A stretch of DNA of 64,000 nt from an uncultured Acidobacteriota bacterium. Lineage in GTDB: Bacteria; Acidobacteriota; Thermoanaerobaculia; UBA5066; Gp7-AA6. This document shows, piece by piece, positions 1 through 13,597 of this stretch. The notes under the pieces are model-generated. The model did no database searches. It saw only the letters and a list, made by a program, of their open reading frames with translations, and was not told the origin of the DNA. The number at the start of each line of letters is the position of its first letter. The stretch's first letter is position 1. Location: the NCBI GenBank assembly GCA_963764715.1, contig CAVXTP010000007.1, positions 1 through 64,000 of the forward strand, read 5' to 3'. Both the position numbers and the translations under genes were made by a program.

Positions 1-18
1 TCCATAATCCCCGACTCC

Positions 19-783
19 ATGAGCCGCATCGTCGCGGTCGCAAATCAGAAGGGCGGGGTCGGAAAGACCACGACCGCGATCAACCTCGCGTCCGCGCTGG
101 CGGCGTTCGACCAGCGCGTCCTCCTGGTGGACCTCGACCCGCAGGCCAACGCCACCTCGGGTCTGGGGTTCTCGAAGCGCGAGGAATCCACGGTCTACAG
201 CGCTCTCGTGTCGGGCCAGATCGGGAGCTCGGTCCGGCCCACGAGCTTCAGCAACCTGTGGATCGTGCCGTCGGGCCGCGACCTCGTGGGGGCCGAGATC
301 GAGCTCGTCGAGCAGGTCGATCGGGAGGCGAGGCTCCGCTATGCCCTGGGAGACGTTCGCAGCTCGTACAACTTCGTGATCATCGACTGCCCCCCGTCGC
401 TCTCGCTCCTGACGGTCAACGCCCTCACCGCCGCCGACTCGGTGCTCGTGCCGATCCAGACCGAGTACTTCGCCCTCGAGGGCCTGACCGAGCTCCTCGA
501 GACCGTCGAGCGCGTCCGGGACTCGTTCAACCCGATGCTGTCGATGGAAGGCATCGTCTTGACCATGTTCGACGAGCGGACTAACCTCGCCCGACAGGTC
601 GTCGACGACATCCGCCAGCACTTCGGCGACAAGGTCTTCGAAACGGTGATTCCGAGAAACATCCGGCTCGGGGAGGCTCCCTCGTTCGGGAAGCCCGTCC
701 TCTCCTACGACATCAAGTCGAAGGGCGCCGAGGCGTACCTGTCCCTGGCCCGGGAGTTCCTGAAGCGGCGGGAGGCGAAATGA
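19..783 (+). CDS. parA: ParA/Soj chromosome partitioning ATPase
   Basis: Deviant Walker A NQKGGVGKTT, DLDPQAN and IIDCPPSL motifs; ATGA overlap with parB. Confidence 0.97.
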   Translation: MSRIVAVANQKGGVGKTTTAINLASALAAFDQRVLLVDLDPQANATSGLGFSKREESTVYSALVSGQIGSSVRPTSFSNLWIVPSGRDLVGAEIELVEQVDREARLRYALGDVRSSYNFVIIDCPPSLSLLTVNALTAADSVLVPIQTEYFALEGLTELLETVERVRDSFNPMLSMEGIVLTMFDERTNLARQVVDDIRQHFGDKVFETVIPRNIRLGEAPSFGKPVLSYDIKSKGAEAYLSLAREFLKRREAK

Positions 784-1643
784 CGCTCGGCAAGAAGCCC
801 GCACTCGGTCGAGGGCTCTCGGCCCTCCTTCCCGGGAAAGACGATGTTCCACGTGGAACGTCCCCCCGGGAGGCGGAGGTCGGGCTGTTGAAGCCCTCCC
901 GGTTTCAGCCCCGACGGGACTTCTCGGAAGCGACCCTGGCCGACCTCGCCCAGTCGATCAAGGAGATCGGGATCGTTCAGCCGATCGTCGTCGTACCGCG
1001 CGGCGAAGGGTTCGAGATCGTCGCGGGGGAGAGACGCTGGCGGGCGGCGAAGCTCGCCGGTCTCGAGCGAGTCCCTATCACCGTCCGCGACCGGGGGTCC
1101 GACCGCGACCTGCTCGAAGCGGCCCTGGTCGAGAACCTCCAGCGCGAGGACCTCAATCCGCTCGAGGCAGCCGAAGCCTACGCGCGATTGCGCGAGGAGT
1201 TCGCGCTGACCCAGGAGCAGATCGCGGAGCGCGTGGGCAAGGACCGGGCGACCGTAGCTAACTCATTGAGGCTACTAAAGTTATCTTTGCCGGTCAAGGA
1301 GAAGCTGCGTTCCGCGGAACTTTCGGCGGGCCATGCGAAGGCGCTCCTCATGCTCGCCTCCGTCGACGACCAGGAGCTCCTGGCCGAGGAGATCGTGCGG
1401 CGATCCCTCTCGGTGCGTCAGGCGGAGAAGCGCGCCGCGCGGATGGCGGGCGGCGACCGCGTCGTCAAGGAGAAGCGCCGCGATCCGTTCACGCGCGACG
1501 CCGAGGAGAAGCTCTCGCGCCGGCTTCAGACGAAGGTCAAGATCGTGCGGAAGCGCCGCGGCGGAAAAATCGAGCTCTCCTTCGGGTCCGAGGAAGAGCT
1601 GATCGGCCTTTTCGAGCGCATCATGAAGAACCAATGGCAGTGA
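780..1643 (+). CDS. parB: ParB/Spo0J partitioning protein
   Basis: N-terminal LGRGLSALL, GERRWRA and ENLQREDLNPLE motifs, HTH. Confidence 0.97.
   Translation: MTLGKKPALGRGLSALLPGKDDVPRGTSPREAEVGLLKPSRFQPRRDFSEATLADLAQSIKEIGIVQPIVVVPRGEGFEIVAGERRWRAAKLAGLERVPITVRDRGSDRDLLEAALVENLQREDLNPLEAAEAYARLREEFALTQEQIAERVGKDRATVANSLRLLKLSLPVKEKLRSAELSAGHAKALLMLASVDDQELLAEEIVRRSLSVRQAEKRAARMAGGDRVVKEKRRDPFTRDAEEKLSRRLQTKVKIVRKRRGGKIELSFGSEEELIGLFERIMKNQWQ
845..860. promoter_or_regulatory. parS: parS centromere-like site inside parB
   Basis: TGTTCCACGTGGAACG, with a perfect 14-bp palindromic core matching the parS consensus TGTTNCACGTGAAACA. Confidence 0.85.
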
Positions 1644-1721
1644 GGTCAGTCGGCAGTAAGCAGTGAGCAGTAAGCCGGGAGGATTCATCCGGCGCAGCGC
1701 TTACTGCTTACGGCTTACTCA
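1637..1721. repeat. Inverted heptamer tandem repeat (GCAGTRA)n...(TTACTGC)n
   Basis: GCAGTAA GCAGTGA GCAGTAA faces TTACTGC TTACGGC TTACTCA across a small GGAT-TC-ATCC palindrome. Confidence 0.7.
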
Positions 1722-1741
1722 CCATTTCCAAGGAGCCAACC

Positions 1742-2122
1742 ATGAAGTCCCGCAACGAGGGCGCGACGCTGAACGGCTTTCTCGACAAGGGCAGCCACTT
1801 CAAGGGCGAGCTCTCGTTCGAGGAGACCTTCCGCATCGACGGAAAGTTCGAAGGCACGATCCCGTCGGGCAGCGAGCTCATCCTCGGCGACTCCGCCGAG
1901 GTCGACGCCGACATCCGGGTCGAGCGTGTTTCGATCAACGGCTCGCTCAAAGGAACCGTTCGCGCGAGCGAGCGCATCGAGATCCATCCGCGCGCGCGCG
2001 TGACGGCGGACCTCCACGCGCCCGTTCTGAAGATCGAGGAGGGCGCGTACTTCCAGGGCTCCTGCGACATGGCCTCCGAATCGGCGCCGAAGCTGCTGGA
2101 AATGCCGGGGCCGCGTAAGTAG
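1742..2122 (+). CDS. Bactofilin (polymer-forming cytoskeletal protein)
   Basis: FKGELSFEETFRIDGKFEG...LKIEEGAYFQGSC beta-helix pattern; AGGAG RBS. Confidence 0.92.
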   Translation: MKSRNEGATLNGFLDKGSHFKGELSFEETFRIDGKFEGTIPSGSELILGDSAEVDADIRVERVSINGSLKGTVRASERIEIHPRARVTADLHAPVLKIEEGAYFQGSCDMASESAPKLLEMPGPRK

Positions 2123-2163
2123 CTGAGAAGGCAAGGGTTGATGCGGGAAGCCGGAGGCCGACC

Positions 2164-2198
2164 GCAGGAGGCAGACGGCAGGCGGCAGGAGACGGGAC
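2164..2198. repeat. Degenerate heptamer tract GCAGNNG x4-5
   Basis: GCAGGAG GCAGACG GCAGGCG GCAGGAG in the intergenic region before the atp genes. Confidence 0.5.
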
Positions 2199-2330
2199 GA
2201 TGGCGTCGCGGGCCGCGCATCGAACGGAATCCGCGCCCGAGTGAATCGCCGCGTCGGCCGCCCGTTCTTCCCTCGACTCGCGTCTCTCGACTGTGCTATT
2301 GATCCGCGGTTCCGTCGCCGGGAAATCTTC

Positions 2331-2765
2331 ATGATCGAGCTACCCAACGTCACGAGTCTCTATGTGCTCCTCGCCTTCGGGGTGAGCTACGCCATCCTGA
2401 AGAGGTATCTCTTCGTTCCGCTCGCCTCGATTCTCGAGGCGCGCGAGCGCGAGGAGGCCGAGGCGCAGAAGGCATACGCCGAGAGCCTCGTGACGCTCGA
2501 GAAGGCCGTCGCCGCGGGCGAGCAGAGGCTCGCCGAGGCGCGGCGCGAGGGCCTGAAGATCCGGGAGAGCCTGCGGGGCGAGGGCGCCGCCATCCTCGAC
2601 GAGAAGCTCGCCCTGGCGCGCCAGCAGGCCTCGGAAGAGATCGACCGCGGCGCGAAGGAGATCGCGGCGCGAGCGACGGAGCTCTCCGGGCAGCTTCCGG
2701 AGCGGGCCGTGAACCTCGCCCGGGAGCTCGCGGAGAAAATCCTCGGACGAAGGCTCGTCGCGTGA
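2331..2765 (+). CDS. atpF: ATP synthase F0 subunit b'
   Basis: Single N-terminal TM followed by a charged coiled coil; first of two b-type genes; start taken at ATG 2331. Confidence 0.85.
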   Translation: MIELPNVTSLYVLLAFGVSYAILKRYLFVPLASILEAREREEAEAQKAYAESLVTLEKAVAAGEQRLAEARREGLKIRESLRGEGAAILDEKLALARQQASEEIDRGAKEIAARATELSGQLPERAVNLARELAEKILGRRLVA

Positions 2766-3322
2766 GCCTTTCGGTCCTCCCGATCTTCACGGCGACGCTC
2801 CTTTTCTCCGCCGAAGAGGGGGAGCATGCGGCCGGTTTCCTGGGGATCCCGATGGTGATCTGGCAGATCGCCAACCTGGTCCTCTTTCTGGCCGTCCTCG
2901 TTTACTTCGTCGCCCGCCCCATGAGCGCCGCGTTCCGCAAGCGACAGAACGAGATCGAGGAACGCCGCCGGCAGGCCGAGAAGCAGCGCGCCGAGGTCGA
3001 CCGCCTCTCGGCCGACATCCGCGAACGCACCGCGAAGATCGAGCGCGAGATCGAGGAGATCCGGAAGGGGTCGATCGCCGAGGGAGAGCAGGCGCGCGCG
3101 GCGCTGGCGGCCCGGGCCGACGAAGAGGCGGCGCGCGCCGGCCGGGACGCGCAGGAAGAGATCGGGCGACGGCTCGCGGAGGCGAAAGCGGAGCTGCGCC
3201 GGACGGCGGCGGCCCTGACGGCGAAGAAGGCCGAGGAGATCCTCGGGCAGGCGATCACCCCGGAGGACCGCCGCCGCCTGGTCGACGACAGCGTCGAGAA
3301 GCTCCGGCAGGTTCCCCAATGA
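2762..3322 (+). CDS. atpF: ATP synthase F0 subunit b
   Basis: WQIANLVLFLAVLVYFVARP TM plus coiled coil; operon position. Confidence 0.9.
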   Translation: MSLSVLPIFTATLLFSAEEGEHAAGFLGIPMVIWQIANLVLFLAVLVYFVARPMSAAFRKRQNEIEERRRQAEKQRAEVDRLSADIRERTAKIEREIEEIRKGSIAEGEQARAALAARADEEAARAGRDAQEEIGRRLAEAKAELRRTAAALTAKKAEEILGQAITPEDRRRLVDDSVEKLRQVPQ

Positions 3323-3864
3323 GCGCCTTCACCCGACCCTACGCGCGGGCGTTCGTCGAGGCCGCGCCGAAGGGCTACGACTTCGCCGCTTTTCTCGAGG
3401 CGGGCGAGTCGATGGTGCGGGCTTTCGAGGCGAATCCGACGCTCCGGGCGTTCCTGCTGGCGCCGAACGTGCCGCGGGACGCCAAGAGCAAGACGATCGC
3501 CGAGCTCGCCAGGAAGACCGGGATGAACGAGTACGGCGCCCGCTTCCTCCAGGTGATGCTCCGCAACCGCCGGCTGCTCGAAGCCGGGGCGGTCTTCCGC
3601 GCCCTGCGCGATCTGAACGACGAGCTTCTCGGGGTGCTGCGGGTCCGGGTCACGGTCCCGGCCGAGCTCTCCGAGGGCGAAAAGGCGACGATCCAGCAGG
3701 TCATCGCCGAGCGGACCGGGAAGACGGTGAAGATGCAGATCGACCTCGACCCGAAGCTGCTCGGCGGCTTCGTGGCGCGGGCGGGATCGCGGGTGTTCGA
3801 CGGTTCGGTGGCCGCCGCGATCCGGCGGTTCCAGGCGCATGTGAACGAGACGTTGGGAGCGTGA
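3319..3864 (+). CDS. atpH: ATP synthase F1 delta
   Basis: RPYARA N-terminus, [22 protein letters not shown]-terminus. Confidence 0.93.
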   Translation: MSAFTRPYARAFVEAAPKGYDFAAFLEAGESMVRAFEANPTLRAFLLAPNVPRDAKSKTIAELARKTGMNEYGARFLQVMLRNRRLLEAGAVFRALRDLNDELLGVLRVRVTVPAELSEGEKATIQQVIAERTGKTVKMQIDLDPKLLGGFVARAGSRVFDGSVAAAIRRFQAHVNETLGA

Positions 3865-3865
3865 G

Positions 3866-7757
<3,892 letters not shown>

Positions 7758-7763
7758 GACCCG

Positions 7764-8162
7764 ATGGCCCTCCAGCTTCTCGTCGTCACCCCGGAGCGCA
7801 AGGCCGTCGAGGCCGAAGCGGACGAGGTCGAGCTCCCGGGCTCGGAGGGATACCTCGGCATCCTCCCCGGCCACACGCCGCTCATCACGCTCTTGAAGCC
7901 CGGCGTCCTGTCGTTTCGCCGGGCCGGCCGGTCCGAGGCGTTCGCCGTCTCGACCGGGTTCGCCGAGATCGCGTCCGATCGCGTCTCGGTTCTCGTCGAC
8001 TCCGCCGAGCGGGGCTCGGAAGTCGACACCGCCGCCGCCGAGCGCGAGCGCGCGAGCGCCGAAGAGGAGCTCAAGACCGCCGGCGTCGAGACGCTCGACG
8101 CAATCCGCGCCCGCGTGGAGCTCGCCGAAGCGCGGCTCCTGGCGGCCCGCCGCCCCCAGTAG
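7764..8162 (+). CDS. atpC: ATP synthase F1 epsilon
   Basis: VVTPE and GYLGILPGHTPLIT motifs. Confidence 0.97.
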   Translation: MALQLLVVTPERKAVEAEADEVELPGSEGYLGILPGHTPLITLLKPGVLSFRRAGRSEAFAVSTGFAEIASDRVSVLVDSAERGSEVDTAAAERERASAEEELKTAGVETLDAIRARVELAEARLLAARRPQ

Positions 8163-8180
8163 TCCTTCGACGCGACTGTC

Positions 8181-8258
8181 CTCTTTGCGGCGCAGGCGCC
8201 GCAAACGGAGGCTACGTTCAGTCTGAACGAGCCGTCGTCGGTCAGCGCGACCCGACGG
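8181..8258. other. Three consecutive hairpins after atpC (terminator/stabiliser or structured RNA)
   Basis: TTTGCGGCGC/GCGCCGCAAA, CGTTCA/TGAACG and CCGTCG..GGTC/GACC.CGACGG stems. Confidence 0.5.
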
Positions 8259-8277
8259 GAGCAGCTAAGATCCGCCG

Positions 8278-9036
8278 GTGGCCGAAGGCGATCCTCCCGA
8301 AGACGAACACCGGATCATCGGGGCGGATCCCGCACCTACCGAAAGGCTCTTTCTCGCCGGGCCGCGGTCGCGCGTCAAGGAGTTCTTCTCGGTCCTCGAC
8401 ATCGCGCGGGAGTTCATCCGCGGGTTCCGAGCGCTCCACTTCGTCGGGCCCTGCGTCACGGTCTTCGGGTCCGCCCGCTTCCGCGAAGGGACGCCCTATT
8501 ACGAGCTGACCCGCCGCGTGGGCGAGGGGCTCGCGCGCCTCGGCTTCACGGTCCTGACGGGCGGCGGCCCTGGAGTGATGGAGGCGGCGGCGCGCGGGGC
8601 GAAGGAAGCCGGCGGCTACACCGTCGGCTGCAACATCGTGCTTCCCGAGGAGCAGAAGATCAATCCCTGGATCGACAAGTCGGTGACCTTCGAGCACTTC
8701 TTCGTCCGCAAGGTCATGCTCGTGAAGTACTCGTATGCCTTCGTCGTCATGCCGGGCGGGCTCGGGACGATGGACGAGCTCTTCGAGGCGCTGACGCTGA
8801 TCCAGACGAAGAAGGTCGAGAACTTTCCGGTCGTGATGATCTCGACCGAGTACTACCGGCCGATCATGGGGCTCCTCGCCAAGATGGTCGCCGCCGGGAC
8901 GATCTCCAACACCGACCTCGACCTCCTCCTCGTGACCGATTCGATCGAGGAGGCCATGGACCACATCCGCAAGCACGCGGTGAGGACGTTCGGCCTCGAT
9001 CAGCCCCGCCGGAAGATGACGATCCTCGGCGAATAG
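8278..9036 (+). CDS. LOG family Rossmann-fold protein (TIGR00730-like nucleotide phosphoribohydrolase)
   Basis: VTVFGSAR, TGGGPGVM, FFVRKVMLVKYS and PGGLGTMDELFE motifs. Confidence 0.92.
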   Translation: MAEGDPPEDEHRIIGADPAPTERLFLAGPRSRVKEFFSVLDIAREFIRGFRALHFVGPCVTVFGSARFREGTPYYELTRRVGEGLARLGFTVLTGGGPGVMEAAARGAKEAGGYTVGCNIVLPEEQKINPWIDKSVTFEHFFVRKVMLVKYSYAFVVMPGGLGTMDELFEALTLIQTKKVENFPVVMISTEYYRPIMGLLAKMVAAGTISNTDLDLLLVTDSIEEAMDHIRKHAVRTFGLDQPRRKMTILGE

Positions 9037-9041
9037 CCGGC

Positions 9042-9068
9042 GTAAACCGGGGGCGCTCTCCCGTCGTC
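9042..9068 (+). promoter_or_regulatory. Possible ECF sigma promoter
   Basis: GTAAAC-N17-CGTC upstream of the Spy/CpxP-like gene. Confidence 0.3.
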
Positions 9069-9121
9069 ATGTTCTCCGGGCGCGGCCGACCGAACGGCCG
9101 ACGCCCCAGGAAGGAGCCCTC

Positions 9122-9574
9122 ATGCGCCGCGTCCACCGGCTCGCCGCTCTCGCGTCCCTGTCCCTCGCGCTCGCCCTCCCGGGTCTCGCCCAGGAGGATC
9201 CGGCGAGCCGTCCCCACCCCGGCCGCCACCGGTTCCGGGAGTGCCTTTCGATTCTCGATCTGACCGATCAGCAGAAGGCCGACATCCTCGGCGTGCTCGA
9301 GGCGGCCAGGCCCGCCCTCGAGGCCGACCTCGCGGCCCTCAAGGCTGCGCGGGAAACGCTGCGGGCCGACCTCGACGCGCCGACGCCCGAGGCCTGCACC
9401 ATCGGGGCCGACGCGCTGGCGGTCAAGGCGGCCGTCGAAACCCTGAGGCAGGAGCGGGAGGGCGTGCGGACCTCGATCGAGGCGACACTGACGCCCGAGC
9501 AGAAGGCCCGGTTCGAGGGATGCCTCGACGCGCCGCGCGTGGGTGACGCGTCGTCCGACCAGGCGGCCGAGTAG
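9122..9574 (+). CDS. Spy/CpxP-family periplasmic protein
   Basis: Signal peptide, two LTxxQ motifs (LTDQQK, LTPEQK), AGGAG RBS. Confidence 0.8.
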   Translation: MRRVHRLAALASLSLALALPGLAQEDPASRPHPGRHRFRECLSILDLTDQQKADILGVLEAARPALEADLAALKAARETLRADLDAPTPEACTIGADALAVKAAVETLRQEREGVRTSIEATLTPEQKARFEGCLDAPRVGDASSDQAAE

Positions 9575-9658
9575 TTCCGGGGCGAGAGGGACCCCGCCGC
9601 GGCCCTGATCCGGTTGCATCAGGCGAGCCGCCGGCGGGGGACCTAGTCTGGAGCCTGG

Positions 9659-10072
9659 ATGTTTCGGCGAATCCTCGTCCCCGTCGACTTCACGAAGAAG
9701 AACCTGCGCGCCGTCCGGCTGGCCGCGAAGCTCGGGGCGCCGCGCCGCGCGCAGGTCACTCTCCTCCACGTCATCGAGCGCATCGACTTCGGGGATTCCG
9801 CAGCATACGCGAGCTTCTACCGAAAGCTCGAGATCGGCGCACGCCAGAAAATGAAGGGCCTGCTCGCGGCGGCGAAGGGCGTCTCGGCGAAAGCGGAGAT
9901 CCGGTACGGACGGCGGGTCGACGAGATCCTCCGCACCGTCGCGGAGCAGAAGATCGATCTCGTCGTGATGAGCTCCCACCGTCTCGCCCTCCGGCACCCG
10001 GGCGAGAACTGGGGAACGATCAGCTACAAGGTCGGCATCCTCTCCCGCTGCCCCGTGCTGCTCGTGAAGTAG
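9659..10072 (+). CDS. Universal stress protein (UspA family)
   Basis: FRRILVPVDF, DLVVMSSH and CPVLLVK motifs. Confidence 0.92.
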   Translation: MFRRILVPVDFTKKNLRAVRLAAKLGAPRRAQVTLLHVIERIDFGDSAAYASFYRKLEIGARQKMKGLLAAAKGVSAKAEIRYGRRVDEILRTVAEQKIDLVVMSSHRLALRHPGENWGTISYKVGILSRCPVLLVK

Positions 10073-10130
10073 GCGGCTGCCGGGCGCTACCCGTCCAGGG
10101 ATCCCGCAGGCCTACCGCGATCGACATGGC

Positions 10131-11819
10131 TTATGGTGCCCGGTACCCCGCGCCGCGCAGCGCCTGTCCCGGCGCCGCGCCGGTGATCTTGCCTCCGTCG
10201 ACGACGAGCACGCCGTTGACCGCGACGTACGGGAACCCGGAGCTGTAACGCCGGGGCTCTTCGTAGCTCGCGAGGTCCTTGACCTTCGCCATGTCGACGA
10301 CGACGAGGTCCGCCGCGAAGCCCTCTTTGACGAGGCCCCGGCCCTGCAGCCCGGCCGCCTCGGCGGGGAAGGAGGTCATCTTGCGGACCGCTTCCTCGAG
10401 GCGGACGACCTTCTCGTCGCGGACGTAATAGCCGAGGATGCGCGCCGTCGAGGCCCAGCCGCGCGGGTGCGACTTCTCTTCGGAAAAGATGCCGTCGGTC
10501 GCGCCGGCCGGCGAGTCGGTGCAGAACGCGACGAGCGGGCTCGCGAGCCCGGCCCGCACGTCCTTCTCGTCCATCATGAAGATGATGCAGGCCGTGTTGG
10601 CGCGGTCGGCGATGACGAGGTCGATCAGGGCGTCGCGCGGGTCCTTCTTCTCCTCGGCCGCGATCTGCGCGATGTTCTTGCCCTCGTAGGACTTCAACTT
10701 CGTGTTCAGAACCGAGGCGACGAGCACCCGGTCCGGCCCACCGGCGCCGAGGTACTGGTTGGACCACTGGCTCGTCTCTTCGAGCATCTCTTTCCTGGCC
10801 TTCTCGCGCAGCTTCGCGTCGGCGAGGCGTTTCAGGAGCGCGTCCCGCCCGCCCTCGCGGATCCACGGCGGCAGGCACGCGTCGAGACCGTTCGAGCCTG
10901 CGGTCCAGGGGTACTGGTTGGCCGCGACGTCGATGCCCTCGGCCCGCGCGGCGGCGATCCGATCGAGCACGGCCGGCATTTTTCCCCAGTTCGGCTTGTA
11001 AGCCGTCTTCAGGTGCCAGATCTGGCTGCGAATCGGGGCTTCCTTCGCGATGCGGAAGACCTCGTCGAGGGAGCTGTCGATGGCGTTGGCCTCGGAGCGC
11101 TGGTGAGTGAAGTAGGCCCCGCCGTATTTCGCCGCGACCTTCGCCATCGCGATCAGCTCGTCGGTCGAGTTGTACATGTCGGGCACGTACTGGAGCGAGG
11201 ATGAGACGCCGAGCGCCCCGTCGCGCATCGCCTGGTCGACGAGGTCGCACATCCGCTTCAATTCCTCGGGAGTCGCGCGCCGGTCGGCCTTGCCGATGAC
11301 GAAGTCGCGCAGCGTCCCGGCCCCCACGAAGGTGCCGAGGTTGATCGCCGTGCCGCGCTTGGCGAGCGTCTCAAAGAACCCGCCGATCGTCCGGAACTCC
11401 GGCGTGTAGCCGTAGCGGGCGTAGACCTCCTTCGCCTCGGCGAGCATCGCGTCGTTGACCGGGGCGATCGAGGCGCCCTCGCCGGTGACCTCGGTCGTGA
11501 TGCCCTGCGTGATTTTCGAGGCCGCGCGCTTGTCGACGAGGACGTTGTACTCGGACTGGCCGAGCAGGTCGATGAAGCCGGGCGTCACCAGCATGCCCGT
11601 GGCGTCGATCGTCCGTTTCGCGGGCCGGCCGGTCAGTACGCCGATCGCCGCGATCTTTCCGCCCCGCACCCCGACGTCCGCCGCGAACCACGGCGCGCCG
11701 CTTCCGTCGACGACGTGGCCGCCGGTGATCAGGAGATCGAAGGGCTCGTCGGGGGGCGGAGGCGGCGCGAACGCGAGCAGGCAGAGGGGGAGCGCCAGAA
11801 GCCAGAGCGTCTTTTTCAT
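10131..11819 (-). CDS. Secreted N-acyl-D-amino-acid deacylase family amidohydrolase
   Basis: Signal peptide, PGFID, HPRGW and EEAVRKMTS motifs. Confidence 0.88.
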   Translation of the reverse strand: MKKTLWLLALPLCLLAFAPPPPPDEPFDLLITGGHVVDGSGAPWFAADVGVRGGKIAAIGVLTGRPAKRTIDATGMLVTPGFIDLLGQSEYNVLVDKRAASKITQGITTEVTGEGASIAPVNDAMLAEAKEVYARYGYTPEFRTIGGFFETLAKRGTAINLGTFVGAGTLRDFVIGKADRRATPEELKRMCDLVDQAMRDGALGVSSSLQYVPDMYNSTDELIAMAKVAAKYGGAYFTHQRSEANAIDSSLDEVFRIAKEAPIRSQIWHLKTAYKPNWGKMPAVLDRIAAARAEGIDVAANQYPWTAGSNGLDACLPPWIREGGRDALLKRLADAKLREKARKEMLEETSQWSNQYLGAGGPDRVLVASVLNTKLKSYEGKNIAQIAAEEKKDPRDALIDLVIADRANTACIIFMMDEKDVRAGLASPLVAFCTDSPAGATDGIFSEEKSHPRGWASTARILGYYVRDEKVVRLEEAVRKMTSFPAEAAGLQGRGLVKEGFAADLVVVDMAKVKDLASYEEPRRYSSGFPYVAVNGVLVVDGGKITGAAPGQALRGAGYRAP

Positions 11820-11841
11820 GGGACCGTACTCTATGCCCGCT

Positions 11842-13164
11842 TCAGAGCCGGGCGAGCCCCGCCAGGTACGGCGCCTGCTTCGTCAGCCAGAGGGACACCT
11901 GCACGCAGGCGCCGACGAATCCGCCGCCGGCGATCGCGAGCGCGACGATCGTCCCCGACCGGCGCCCGGCGGCCCAGGCGACGGCGAAGACCGCGGCCGG
12001 GGCGAGGACGACGTAGAGCGGCAGCGAGAAGCGGTTCTCGACGGCGACCGGCAGGTACACGGCGAAGATCGCGAGCCCGACAAGCGTCGCGCCGGCGGAA
12101 TAGATCCTGGAAGGCGTCCGGCGCCCCTCGAAGAGCAGGACCACGAGGCCGAGCGCCGCCAGGTAGAAGAAGGCGTAGTTCGCGAGGGACAGCGGCCACC
12201 GGTAGGACGGCCGGGGATCACGGATGTACGTGAAGGGGAGGTCCTGGTCGATCATCGCGAAGCCGTGGGCCGCGAGGGTCCGGAGATATCCCAGGGGCCG
12301 CGTTCGCAGAAACTCGCGGGGCGTTTCGACGCCCTCGGGCCGCAGCGGATTCGCGTAGACGAGCGTGGCCTCCTGTCCGGGAACGACGAGCGTTCCGTAC
12401 TTCAGGATTCCCGTGCCCCAGCGGACCTGCTCCCGGTAGAGATGGCTGGCGGGAAGCGGCGACCATTCGCCGTACGCTTTCACGTTGCCGTGGAGCTGCG
12501 GCACAAACGTCACGGCGGCCGCGAGCGCGCCGAGCGCGAGATGACGCCGCACAGGCTCCTGGTACTGCCGCCCGCGGATCAGCCAAAGGACCGCGAGCGC
12601 CGGCAGGAGCGCGAGGTTCGCCGTCCGCACCGCGACCGCGAGACCGGCGGCGAAAAACGCCAGCAGGGCGCGGCGGGACGGCTGGCCGGGCTCGATCGAG
12701 ACGAAGAGCGAGAAACCGACGAGAGAGGCCGACAGGGAGTCCGAGAGAAGCTCCGTCGCGCGGATCAGGACGATCGGGTCGAGCGCCATCACCGCGAAGG
12801 TCGCCTCGAACACGCGGCGCGGGCGGAAGATGCGCGCGGCGACGCGGGCCGCGTAGAGCGACGTCGCAAGGTGCAGCAGGACCTGCGCCGCGGCGGCGAG
12901 CGCGCGGGTCGTCTCCGGAGAGGGCGCCGTGAATCCCGTGACGGCGGCCGCGAAGAGCGGATAGCCGTAGCCGCGCACACGCGAGAAGAGATTGCCGAGG
13001 CCCTCGGTCGAAACGATCTGAGACAGGACGTAGTAGTGGTACGAGTCGTAGATCACCCCGCGGAACCCGGCCCGGAAGAACAGCCACGCCAGGCCCGCGG
13101 CGGCCGCGCAGACGGCGGCCACGAAAGCGGCGCGGCGGCCGTCCTGTCCCGGATGCTCGTTCAC
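11842..13164 (-). CDS. Polytopic membrane protein, GT-C-like glycosyltransferase candidate
   Basis: About 10 TM segments, N-terminal loop YDSYHY..RGYGYPLF, ELLSDSL and ENRFSLP motifs. Confidence 0.6.
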   Translation of the reverse strand: MNEHPGQDGRRAAFVAAVCAAAAGLAWLFFRAGFRGVIYDSYHYYVLSQIVSTEGLGNLFSRVRGYGYPLFAAAVTGFTAPSPETTRALAAAAQVLLHLATSLYAARVAARIFRPRRVFEATFAVMALDPIVLIRATELLSDSLSASLVGFSLFVSIEPGQPSRRALLAFFAAGLAVAVRTANLALLPALAVLWLIRGRQYQEPVRRHLALGALAAAVTFVPQLHGNVKAYGEWSPLPASHLYREQVRWGTGILKYGTLVVPGQEATLVYANPLRPEGVETPREFLRTRPLGYLRTLAAHGFAMIDQDLPFTYIRDPRPSYRWPLSLANYAFFYLAALGLVVLLFEGRRTPSRIYSAGATLVGLAIFAVYLPVAVENRFSLPLYVVLAPAAVFAVAWAAGRRSGTIVALAIAGGGFVGACVQVSLWLTKQAPYLAGLARL

Positions 13165-13200
13165 GCTGCGTTCACGTCCCGGCGCCTAGGGTACGCTCGG

Positions 13201-13554
13201 ATGACGCGCTTTTCCGGACTCTCCCTGGCTTTCGCGCTGGCGGCCCTGCCCGTCTCGCCGACGCCGAAGCCGACTCCGGTCCCCCGGACGAAGAGCCACG
13301 CGCACGCGGTCGACGGCCGCGTCGTGTCGGTCGTCCCGTCCCGGTCGTTCGTGGTCAAGACGCCGGCCGGCGAGGAGTCGACGCTCGTCCTGACCGGGGC
13401 GACCCACCTGTCCGGCGGGCCGCTGAAGCCCGGCGGGCGCGTGGCGGTCCGATACATCGTGCGGGAAGGCAAGAAGGTCGCGACGTCGATCCGCGTCGAG
13501 GCTCCGCAGGGAGCCTCCCCCACGGCGACCGCCACGAGCCTCGGCTCCCAATAG
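13201..13554 (+). CDS. Small secreted OB-fold-like protein (DUF5666-like)
   Basis: Signal peptide plus GRVVSV...LKPGGRVAVRY...ATSIRV; it is the C-terminal part of the long shadow ORF 11455-13554. Confidence 0.6.
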   Translation: MTRFSGLSLAFALAALPVSPTPKPTPVPRTKSHAHAVDGRVVSVVPSRSFVVKTPAGEESTLVLTGATHLSGGPLKPGGRVAVRYIVREGKKVATSIRVEAPQGASPTATATSLGSQ

Positions 13555-13597
13555 ATCCGCGCTTGCCGGCCCGGGCGGCCCGGCTGACAATGCGGGG

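Noticed and set aside
1-2330. oriC / DnaA-box cluster
   Set aside because: No TTATCCACA boxes or AT-rich unwinding element were seen.
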